In this document: positions 24,880-32,000 of the stretch, one piece after another
Position numbering within the stretch: the first letter of the stretch is position 1
How the letters are laid out: the number at the start of each line of letters is the position of its first letter
Assembly (NCBI GenBank): GCA_964640155.1
Contig: CAZXEQ010000002.1
Span: forward strand, 90,001 to 122,000
Direction of reading: 5' to 3'
Source of the DNA: an uncultured bacterium
GTDB taxonomy: Bacteria > Auribacterota > JACPWU01
DNA: 32,000 bases
Position numbers and translations under genes: made by a program
The notes under the pieces: model-generated
Told to the model about the DNA's origin: nothing
What the model saw: only the letters and a program-made list of their open reading frames with translations
Databases searched by the model: none

Positions 24880-25679
24880 TGCTGTCTTCCTTCTTTTCCA
24901 TCTTTAGAAAATCCTTCACAAGTTTTAAGTCCTATACCGTTTTTTTAACTCTTCCTTTTAAGAAAGCTTTCTTTTACTTTCTGACCCTTATCAGCCTATT
25001 ATCTGCTTTAAGCATCTTGATTCAACTTCCTGCTTTTATTCTAACCCTAACAGAATTGACCGATTGGGCTGTCAGAAAGCTACCTGCCATGCGTATTGAG
25101 CATGGGCAAATGGAGCCTCTTAAGGGAGCTTCAAATCAAATGATTAGCCTAGAAGAGCTTTCTCCTGTCTTTGGAAAAAATCTTTACCTTCTCATCGATC
25201 CTACTCAGGAAGAAGCCAACACAAAAGATCCAAATGGTATTTTATTCAAAAAACATAAAATTCTAATTAAAGATCAAACCATACTCAAAGTTATTTCATT
25301 CCCTAAAGACCTCTCTGTCACGATCTCTGATTTTACTTTGATGCAATGGAGAGACATTTTAGGATGGCTCTCCCCTATTTATTTATTTTTAAGAACCTTT
25401 ATTAACTTAACGGTCTTAAATGGGTTTGAAGTTTTACTTTTGGGAACGCTTTGTTTTTTGGGAATAAAAATCTTGAGAAAAAATATTCCTTTTAAAATCT
25501 GTCTTTCTATTACAACTGTTTCCATGACACCTGCTTTGACGCTTGCTTTTATTTTTCAACTTTTGAATATCTATTTTCCTTTCTTGCCTTTTATATTTAT
25601 GGCTATTTATCTGATTTACACGATTGGAGCACTAAGAGCATGTCTTCAATCTCAAAACGAAGAAGTCATTATTTCATAA
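24879..25679 (+). CDS. Polytopic membrane protein, DUF1189-like (tentative)
   Basis: 266 aa with a TAATG stop/start overlap with def. An N-terminal amphipathic segment and TM helix are followed by a soluble insert and three or more C-terminal TM helices. The family assignment comes from memory of that architecture only. Confidence 0.55.
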   Translation: MLSSFFSIFRKSFTSFKSYTVFLTLPFKKAFFYFLTLISLLSALSILIQLPAFILTLTELTDWAVRKLPAMRIEHGQMEPLKGASNQMISLEELSPVFGKNLYLLIDPTQEEANTKDPNGILFKKHKILIKDQTILKVISFPKDLSVTISDFTLMQWRDILGWLSPIYLFLRTFINLTVLNGFEVLLLGTLCFLGIKILRKNIPFKICLSITTVSMTPALTLAFIFQLLNIYFPFLPFIFMAIYLIYTIGALRACLQSQNEEVIIS

Positions 25680-25694
25680 TCAGGAGGCGGTAAA

Positions 25695-26639
25695 GTGAAA
25701 CTTGTTTTCATGGGGACTCCTCCTTTTGCAGCTCAAACCTTAGAACAACTTCTCAAAAAATATTCTTTTGAAGCAGCAGTTACTCAACCAGATCGCCCTC
25801 AAGGTCGAGGCCTTGTTTTAACCCCTTCTCCCGTCAAAAAGCTGGCTCAAGCACAAAAAATTGAAATCCTGCAACCTGAGAAAACAAAAGATTTGAAATT
25901 TGTAGATCGGATGAAAGAGATTTCTCCTGACCTTATTGTTGTTGTGGCCTATGGAGCATTGTTACGTAAAGATATTATTGCTATCCCTCGTCTTGGATGT
26001 ATCAACTTACACTCTTCTCTTTTGCCCAAATACCGTGGAGCCACACCTGTACAATGGGCACTCATGAATGGAGAAACAGAAACAGGTTGGACCACTTTTT
26101 ACATTGATGAAGGATTAGATTCTGGAGACATGATCCTCCAAAAAAAAATAAATATTAATCCCAATGAAGATGCCTCAACCTTATTTGAAAGAATGTCTTT
26201 ACCTGGAATACATCTTCTTGAAGAAACGATTGATCAAGTCATTCAAGGCAAAGCCCCTCGAATTAAACAAAACTCTGATCAAGCTACTTTTGCTCCTCGT
26301 CTCAAGAAAGAGAAAGGTTTAATCCATTGGCAAGAACCTGCTTCTAAAATTTGTAACTATATCCGTGGCTTGATTCCTTGGCCCATGGCTTACACATTCA
26401 TAGAATGGAAAGGACGACGACTCGAACTTAAAATTTTCAAAGCCTATTCACATGAGAACATGTCTTCTCCAGGAGAGATTTTTAAAATTGATTCTGAAGG
26501 GATTTGGGTTGGAACAGGCAAAGGAAGTTTAACCATTCAAGAGTTACAACTTGAAGGATCTCGCAGAATGAATGCGCAAGATTTCCTAAGAGGACATCCC
26601 CTTTCCGTAGGCATGAAATTAGGATCTTTAGAATCGTAA
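25695..26639 (+). CDS. fmt: Methionyl-tRNA formyltransferase
   Basis: GTG start with an AGGAGG RBS. KLVFMGTPPFA, the motif HSSLLPKYRGATPVQWAL, and a C-terminal tRNA-binding domain. Confidence 0.95.
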   Translation: MKLVFMGTPPFAAQTLEQLLKKYSFEAAVTQPDRPQGRGLVLTPSPVKKLAQAQKIEILQPEKTKDLKFVDRMKEISPDLIVVVAYGALLRKDIIAIPRLGCINLHSSLLPKYRGATPVQWALMNGETETGWTTFYIDEGLDSGDMILQKKININPNEDASTLFERMSLPGIHLLEETIDQVIQGKAPRIKQNSDQATFAPRLKKEKGLIHWQEPASKICNYIRGLIPWPMAYTFIEWKGRRLELKIFKAYSHENMSSPGEIFKIDSEGIWVGTGKGSLTIQELQLEGSRRMNAQDFLRGHPLSVGMKLGSLES

Positions 26640-27998
26640 ATGGTTAATCCAAAAAGAACAAAATCACAAAGAATCTCTCCCAACCCGCAAAACACAAAGC
26701 TCTCTACGATGTCGGCCCGCCAAATCGCTTTTCAAGCTTTACAAGCATGGGGAATGAAAGAGCGGCCTCTTCAAGATACTCTAGACGAATTACTCAGCGG
26801 GGAAATGATTGAAGCTGAAAGAGCTCTTGCCAAAGAACTTTGCTTTGGAGTCATGCGACGAAAACTAACCTTAGATGAAGTTATTCGTCAATATGCCCAG
26901 AAGTCCTTACAAAAAACCTTAACATCGACAATGAATATTCTTCGGCTTGGACTTTATCAATTGCTTTATCTATCTAAAGTTCCGGAACACGCAGCTGTCA
27001 ATGAATCTGTCAATCTAGCTAAAAAATTTGCTCCTTCGTCTAGCTCTTTCGTCAACGCACTTTTAAGAAACTTCTTAAGAAAAAATAAAAAAGTTCAATG
27101 GCCACAAAATGACCCCATCAAAAACCTTTCACTCCAAGCTTCTTATCCTCTTGAACTGGTCAAACGCTGGGGAGAACTCTATGGCCTTGAAAAAGCAGAA
27201 AATCTTTGTGAAATTGAAAATACTCCTCTTTCTTTAAGCCTTCGTGTCAACACACTTCTCATCCCTCGCGAAGAACTCATTCAAAAACTACAAGAAGAAG
27301 GAATCGAATGTAAAGCCTCTGCCTTACATGCTTCATCCATTCATATCATTAAAGGAGCTCATCTGTTTGAAACAAAATCCTTTCAAAAAGGTTTTTTTCA
27401 AATTCAAGATGAGAGCATGCTTCAAGTCATAGATGCTATGGAATTAAAAACACAAATGAAAGTTTTAGATTTATGTAGTGCCCCTGGAACAAAAGCAACT
27501 GCCATCGCAGAACGCATGCAAGACAAGGGACTCATTATTGCGGTGGATCAAAATTACAAACGTCTTAAAAAGATATTCGAGAATTTAAAAAGATTGAATA
27601 TTCACTGTGTTCAACCACTGGTCAGTGATGCAAGAAAAATGAGTTCTACACTAAAAACAACATTTGATCGTATTTTAATTGATGCCCCTTGCTCCAACAC
27701 AGGTGTTTTAAACAAACGTCCTGAAGCTCGGTGGAGATTTTCTCTTAAAGACCTTCACCGATTATCTACATTGCAACGTGAGATCCTTGAATCTGCCCTC
27801 CCCCTTCTCAAACCCGAAGGGATTTTGATCTACAGCACTTGCAGCATTGATCCTATAGAAAATGAAAAAGTTATTGAATCTGTATTAGAGAAAATTCCTA
27901 AGTTAACGAAAATTGAAGAAAAAACAATTTTCCCTTCATTAACTCATGGAGGAGGATATTGGGCGAAGTTAAAAATGACAAACCCCCTTCCCCAATAA
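26640..27998 (+). CDS. rsmB: 16S rRNA (cytosine-C5)-methyltransferase RsmB/Sun type
   Basis: A NusB-like N-domain, then DLCSAPGTKAT (SAM motif), DAPCSNTGV and YSTCS (catalytic cysteines). The ATG abuts the fmt stop (TAAATG). The alternative start at 26709 (MSARQIAF) would remove a basic 23-aa extension. Confidence 0.9.
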   Translation: MVNPKRTKSQRISPNPQNTKLSTMSARQIAFQALQAWGMKERPLQDTLDELLSGEMIEAERALAKELCFGVMRRKLTLDEVIRQYAQKSLQKTLTSTMNILRLGLYQLLYLSKVPEHAAVNESVNLAKKFAPSSSSFVNALLRNFLRKNKKVQWPQNDPIKNLSLQASYPLELVKRWGELYGLEKAENLCEIENTPLSLSLRVNTLLIPREELIQKLQEEGIECKASALHASSIHIIKGAHLFETKSFQKGFFQIQDESMLQVIDAMELKTQMKVLDLCSAPGTKATAIAERMQDKGLIIAVDQNYKRLKKIFENLKRLNIHCVQPLVSDARKMSSTLKTTFDRILIDAPCSNTGVLNKRPEARWRFSLKDLHRLSTLQREILESALPLLKPEGILIYSTCSIDPIENEKVIESVLEKIPKLTKIEEKTIFPSLTHGGGYWAKLKMTNPLPQ

Positions 27999-28016
27999 TG
28001 GGAAAGAGGGTTTGTT
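27979..28016 (-). terminator. Intrinsic terminator for the FG-GAP gene, overlapping the last codons of convergent rsmB
   Basis: An imperfect 14-bp G/C-rich hairpin pairs acaaaccccctt-ccc with ggg-aaagagggtttgt. On the minus strand it is followed by ca-TTTTT (27976-27972). Confidence 0.5.
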
Positions 28017-28037
28017 TAATAGCTTCTTCCTGATAAC

Positions 28038-29744
28038 TTATTTTACTTGGTTTTCTTTTTGATCTAGAACAACATCCTGCTCTAACTTTTTTACAATTTG
28101 AACATCGTCAGAGATTTTTATGACATCCGGAACTGGATCAGGTTGTGGAATTGGATTTAAGAACACCTTCTCTTCTGGCCAAGGCCTTGGATCAATGTCA
28201 TCTGGAAAAATAAGAGGCCGAGTATAAATGATATCGTATGGGAAATAAATTACGTCTATTGGAGAGAAAAGTGTTTCACCAAAAATAAGATAAACTCTTC
28301 CATTTCCCATTTCAGCAGCATGGGGAGGAACTCCTATTAAAACATCTGCTTTTCCTCCTGAGTTTACATCTCCAACCATGCTAATGGTAATGTAATTAAG
28401 ATTGTCTTCTGATTCTTCTCCAATAAATCTTACATCAGAACGTGCAAAAGGACTAAAATCTGGGCCGAAACCAAATCTTCTTCCTAAAACAACATAAGCA
28501 ACTCCGTCATTATGAATTCCTCCTAGCAATAAATCTGAAAAACCATCGTTGTCGACATCTCCAATTCCTTTGAGTGAAGAAAGATGTAAGTATTGGCCCC
28601 CTTCATAGCTCACCTCTGTAGAATAAGACAATGTGGTTGATGGCCTCAAACTTGAAAGATCCCCCGCCTGACCTAAAACAAGATCTACATTGCGAGAATC
28701 TCCTGCTACAAAATCCTGGTACCCATCTCCATTTACATCTCCCACAGAAGCGGCCTGCATTCCATACCATGGAGAATTATTAGTATCTGATAAGCGATGA
28801 TGCCAAGAAGTTGTTCGTGTTAAAGATCCTCCCGGATTTCCTGTAAAAAGATTGATAGATCCATTTAAATAACTACATCGAGGACTACAAAGAGCTTGAT
28901 GAGAAGGAATGATTAAATCTTCGTATAAAGCGGAATCACTTCGAGGATTTTCATTGAGATGCCCCACAAAGAAACTCGCGTAGCCTGAACGATCACTTAA
29001 ATGGTTCCAAAAAGCATGGGCTTCCGAGGAAGTTGTCCCCATATGCCAACCGCTTTCTCTTCCTAAAAATAAATAAGTTCGTCCAATGATCAAACCCGCC
29101 GTATTGCGATATTCAGGATCTCCAATAACAATATCTTTAAGTGGATTCCCAGAGCTTGAAATATCTCCATTGAAATTTCCTATGCTTGCAACACCTGAAA
29201 AACCAGTAAAACTTGCATCTGCATCCGATGTAGATCCCACTGACCAACTTCTACGTCCTAAAAAAAGAAAAGCCTGCCGCGTTCCTGGTGCTCCGATAAG
29301 AACATCATTGATTCCATCTCCATTCACATCTCCAGCGGTAATATAAGATCCAAATTGATCATCGATATTTATAGCAGGAGGATCCGTTCGACCCAAAAAA
29401 TAAAATGATCCTGTAAAACTAACATCTGCATTGCCAATTGTTAGAGAAGAAGGCCATGGCATCGTCCTTGATTTTCCAAAAAAGATACCCACCCGGCGAT
29501 AAGAATAGAAACGCTGAGATGTGCCAGTAATTCCACCACTTGAGATGGCAAAGTCTGGAATACCATCTCCATTCACATCTCCCAAGCTTGCAATACTCAT
29601 TCCGGCTGAAATACCACTCACTCGTTCTATTCCATCAATTTTTACATCCGAATTTGAAAGATTAAAATCGAGGGCCAAAACAGGACTTAATTTTGATAAG
29701 AACAAAAAACTGGTCAAAACAAACAATTTGAATGAAGTCTTCAT
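28038..29744 (-). CDS. Secreted FG-GAP / integrin-alpha-like beta-propeller repeat protein
   Basis: I prefer the ATG at 29744 (MKTSFKLFVLTSFLFLSKLSPVLA, a signal peptide) because of its GGGAGGAG RBS. Ca-binding FG-GAP loops recur: GDVNGDGIPDF, GDVNGDGINDV, GDVNGDGYQDF, GDVDNDGFSDL and GDVNSGGKADV. Confidence 0.85.
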   Translation of the reverse strand: MKTSFKLFVLTSFLFLSKLSPVLALDFNLSNSDVKIDGIERVSGISAGMSIASLGDVNGDGIPDFAISSGGITGTSQRFYSYRRVGIFFGKSRTMPWPSSLTIGNADVSFTGSFYFLGRTDPPAINIDDQFGSYITAGDVNGDGINDVLIGAPGTRQAFLFLGRRSWSVGSTSDADASFTGFSGVASIGNFNGDISSSGNPLKDIVIGDPEYRNTAGLIIGRTYLFLGRESGWHMGTTSSEAHAFWNHLSDRSGYASFFVGHLNENPRSDSALYEDLIIPSHQALCSPRCSYLNGSINLFTGNPGGSLTRTTSWHHRLSDTNNSPWYGMQAASVGDVNGDGYQDFVAGDSRNVDLVLGQAGDLSSLRPSTTLSYSTEVSYEGGQYLHLSSLKGIGDVDNDGFSDLLLGGIHNDGVAYVVLGRRFGFGPDFSPFARSDVRFIGEESEDNLNYITISMVGDVNSGGKADVLIGVPPHAAEMGNGRVYLIFGETLFSPIDVIYFPYDIIYTRPLIFPDDIDPRPWPEEKVFLNPIPQPDPVPDVIKISDDVQIVKKLEQDVVLDQKENQVK

Positions 29745-29943
29745 ATTTATTAACTCCTCCCTTTGATAATAGGGATATACCATGCAAAACCCCTTTTGTC
29801 AAATAGAGCAATTTAACTTGTTCAGAAACAAATAGTTATAAAAATTACCTTCAAAAGATAAAAGATCGTTTAAAACAAAAACATCGACTTAAAAACAGAA
29901 AGTTGCTAGTCTTTCAACCTTCTTAGAAAGAAAGGAGAATGTT

Positions 29944-30072
29944 ATGGGTCAGCAATTTAATCGAAGAGAAAAAAGACAAAGAACCGAAGCAAGACTTAAA
30001 AGACAAAAGAAGGCTCTCAAGCTTAAGAAGGCATCTCAGTCCACTGGACAATCTGTTTCAACAACCGCTTAA
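29944..30072 (+). CDS. Very basic 42-aa peptide (MGQQFNRREKRQRTEARLKRQKKALKLKKASQSTGQSVSTTA), not in the ORF track
   Basis: An AAGGAG RBS at 29932-37 lies 6 nt upstream of the ATG at 29944. The track ORF at 29939 is in another frame only 1 nt from the RBS. The stop TAA at 30070-72 is followed by a 10-bp hairpin. Confidence 0.45.
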   Translation: MGQQFNRREKRQRTEARLKRQKKALKLKKASQSTGQSVSTTA

Positions 30073-30080
30073 ATCTTTTT

Positions 30081-30105
30081 CTGTCGCTCGCCAAACGAGC
30101 GACAG
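30081..30105 (+). terminator. Stem-loop between convergent small genes (possible terminator)
   Basis: A perfect 10-bp stem ctgtcgctcg/cgagcgacag with loop ccaaa. The T-run (TTTTT at 30115-19) lies 9 nt downstream, which is non-canonical spacing. Confidence 0.4.
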
Positions 30106-30120
30106 GATATTGATTTTTAA

Positions 30121-30390
30121 TCAATCGTAGTGACCTCGATGCCCTCTACGACCATACCCACGGGAGTCATGATGACGCCTCCAGGGCTTTCTATCTTGAT
30201 ACGATACATGTACGCTTGGTGAAGTATAATAATACCCTGAACGATACATCCCATAATTGGAATAAGGGGAGTAATCATAATAAACCTGCTGATACGGATC
30301 GTAGTAGCGCTCACATCTTATTTCATCTGCTTGAAGAGTTGTTACCCAAAAACCAGCAGATAAAATAAATGCTAAAAGTACATTTTTCAT
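30121..30390 (-). CDS. Small secreted Tyr/Arg/His-rich protein (89 aa)
   Basis: Strong RBS (AAGGAGGG) and a signal peptide MKNVLLAFILSAGFWVTTLQA. The mature part is low-complexity, with about 19 Tyr and a basic His/Arg-rich C-terminus (RRHHDSRGYGRRGHRGHYD). Confidence 0.6.
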   Translation of the reverse strand: MKNVLLAFILSAGFWVTTLQADEIRCERYYDPYQQVYYDYSPYSNYGMYRSGYYYTSPSVHVSYQDRKPWRRHHDSRGYGRRGHRGHYD

Positions 30391-30423
30391 ACTATTCCCT
30401 CCTTTTGTATAGAGAGGCCATTT

Positions 30424-30690
30424 TTATTCTACAACTTCATTTGTCTCGGTAACAACTTGATGCTCTACAGTCCGACCATGCTCAACAATTGTCGGTTCAA
30501 TGACGATACGATCGAAATGATGGTGACTTGGATAGTGATATAAATGGCAAACGCGACAAAAAATATGACCTCCCCGATAGTGATGATGTCGATCATGATG
30601 GGGATGTCTGTCGCATCGATAAGCATAAGTGAAAGGAGCTATAAAAAGAGAGCTAATAAGAAAAAAAATGATTAAATAAAGCTTTTTCAT
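30424..30690 (-). CDS. Small secreted His-rich protein (88 aa)
   Basis: I prefer the ATG at 30690 (MKKLYLIIFFLISSLFIAPFTYA) because of its AAGGAG RBS. The mature part is His-rich (RHPHHDRHHHYRGGH, HLYHYPSHHH) with 3 Cys. Confidence 0.6.
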   Translation of the reverse strand: MKKLYLIIFFLISSLFIAPFTYAYRCDRHPHHDRHHHYRGGHIFCRVCHLYHYPSHHHFDRIVIEPTIVEHGRTVEHQVVTETNEVVE

Positions 30691-30820
30691 AACATTCTCC
30701 TTTATGTTGAGAACTAACAAGTTCCATTATACTCTTTTGAACTTTGAATTTCTTGTAAAAAACACCTATTTAAAAAACCTTGGCAAGCTCATGAATCTAT
30801 GACATAAATATGCAATTCCG

Positions 30821-32000
30821 ATGAATACAAAATCCTTCTATATCAAAACTTATGGATGTCAAATGAATGTCTATGATTCAGAAGCTATGGAAGGACTTCT
30901 CATGGATCATGGTTTTTCACCTGCAGCATCTGAACCAGAAGCTGATATTATTCTCCTAAATACTTGCAGCGTAAGAGATTTAGCTGAGCAAAAGGCCATT
31001 GGGAAAACAGGTATTTTAGGGAAACTAAAGCGAACCAATCCTGACTTGGTACTCGGTATTTGCGGTTGCATGGCTCAGAATATGAAAGAAACCCTTTTTA
31101 AGAAAATCCCTACCCTTGATCTGGTATGTGGCCCTAATGACCTTTTAAGTCTTCCCAAACTCATTCGTCAAGCCCTTGAAGGGAAACGCCAATTGTTGCA
31201 AGTTGAGAATCCTAATTGGGTGATGACAGCCGATATTCCCAAGCGTAGAAAAACAAGCATTTCAGCATGGATTTCAGTCATGAGAGGTTGTAATCATAAT
31301 TGTACTTTTTGTATTGTCCCCACCGTGCGAGGACGTGAAGTGAGCCGTCCTGTAGAAGATCTTCTTAAAGAAGTACACGCTCTCGTTCAAGACGGATATA
31401 AAGAAGTAACTCTGCTTGGACAAAACATTAACTCTTATGGAAGAGATTTAAGAAATGGATCCAATTTTTCAAAACTTTTAGACAAATTGAATGAGATTCA
31501 TGGTTTAGATAGAATACGATTTACAACTTCTCACCCTGTAGATATTCGAGACGAACTCATAACAACCATGAGTCGTCTGGGAAAAGTTTGCGAATTTTTA
31601 CATTTTCCCATTCAATCCGGATCTAATCGTATTCTTTCTGCTATGAAACGGGGTTACACAAGAGAACAATATTTAGAAAAAGTTGAGAAAGTGAGAAGTA
31701 GAATCCCCAAAATTGCACTTTCAACAGATATTATTGTTGGATTTCCAGGCGAGACCGATGAAGATTTTCAAGAAACATGTAAAGTGCTGGAAGATGCACA
31801 ATTTGATGGGGCTTTTCTATTTAAATATTCTGTGCGATCCGGGACTCCAGCTGCTACCCTCCCCGATCAAGTTCCAGAAAAGATCAAGGAAGAACGTCAC
31901 AACATTATATTTAAGCTTCAAGATAAAATTTCCGCACATAAAAACAATCAATGTGTGGGGAAAGCCTTGGAAGTTTTAGTAGAAGGCCACGATCGAAAAG
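30821..32000 (+). CDS. miaB: tRNA (N6-isopentenyl-A37) methylthiotransferase MiaB, 5' part (runs off the window)
   Basis: Absent from the ORF track because there is no stop in the window. Translation from the ATG at 30821 gives MNTKSFYIKTYGCQMNVYDSEAMEG... (UPF0004 domain Cys), then the radical-SAM motif MRGCNHNCTFC. The frame is open to the window end (..GKALEVLVEGHDRK). Confidence 0.95.
   Translation, partial: MNTKSFYIKTYGCQMNVYDSEAMEGLLMDHGFSPAASEPEADIILLNTCSVRDLAEQKAIGKTGILGKLKRTNPDLVLGICGCMAQNMKETLFKKIPTLDLVCGPNDLLSLPKLIRQALEGKRQLLQVENPNWVMTADIPKRRKTSISAWISVMRGCNHNCTFCIVPTVRGREVSRPVEDLLKEVHALVQDGYKEVTLLGQNINSYGRDLRNGSNFSKLLDKLNEIHGLDRIRFTTSHPVDIRDELITTMSRLGKVCEFLHFPIQSGSNRILSAMKRGYTREQYLEKVEKVRSRIPKIALSTDIIVGFPGETDEDFQETCKVLEDAQFDGAFLFKYSVRSGTPAATLPDQVPEKIKEERHNIIFKLQDKISAHKNNQCVGKALEVLVEGHDRK

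Noticed and set aside
29939-30314. Track ORFs 29939..30130 (+) and 30117..30314 (-)
   Set aside because: The ATG at 29939 is only 1 nt from the RBS, and that ORF reads through a strong hairpin. The 29944 frame is better supported. The ORF 30117..30314 is an alternative frame of the RBS- and signal-peptide-supported gene 30121..30390.
31713-31979. Track ORF 31713..31979 (+)
   Set aside because: It is an out-of-frame ORF inside miaB, whose own frame shows the radical-SAM and TRAM-proximal motifs.

Overview
AT-rich (about 60% A+T by eye), densely coding bacterial chromosomal segment. I recognised no rRNA, tRNA, CRISPR array, integrase or transposase. Gene order: three envelope glycosyltransferases on the minus strand (1-2791); a small ORF; a 2104-aa giant protein with a signal peptide that fuses a PrmA-like SAM methyltransferase module to a PPP/lambda-type metallophosphatase module (3424-9738); a tightly packed five-gene cassette (9871-14765); ftsB-eno on the minus strand; a 185-bp GC-rich structured island ahead of a DUF4013-like membrane protein; a UDP-HexNAc-type dehydrogenase plus an SDR epimerase; a family-4 uracil-DNA glycosylase; priA; a TPR protein; a 150-bp structured element bounded by inverted repeats; def-(membrane protein)-fmt-rsmB; an FG-GAP propeller protein; three tiny genes (a 42-aa very basic peptide missed by the ORF track and two secreted Tyr/His-rich proteins); and the 5' part of miaB. 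The cassette holds two tandem Ddl-like ATP-grasp ligases, a GNAT, a full-length lysine 2,3-aminomutase and a third ATP-grasp ligase. It is my best candidate for an undescribed system, a pathway making a beta-lysine-derived peptide, solute or modification. Housekeeping calls rest on catalytic motifs read from the translations and are solid. The functional proposals for the cassette, the giant protein and the three GC-rich palindromic islands are inference. Hairpin and repeat coordinates were counted by hand and may be off by 1-2 nt.
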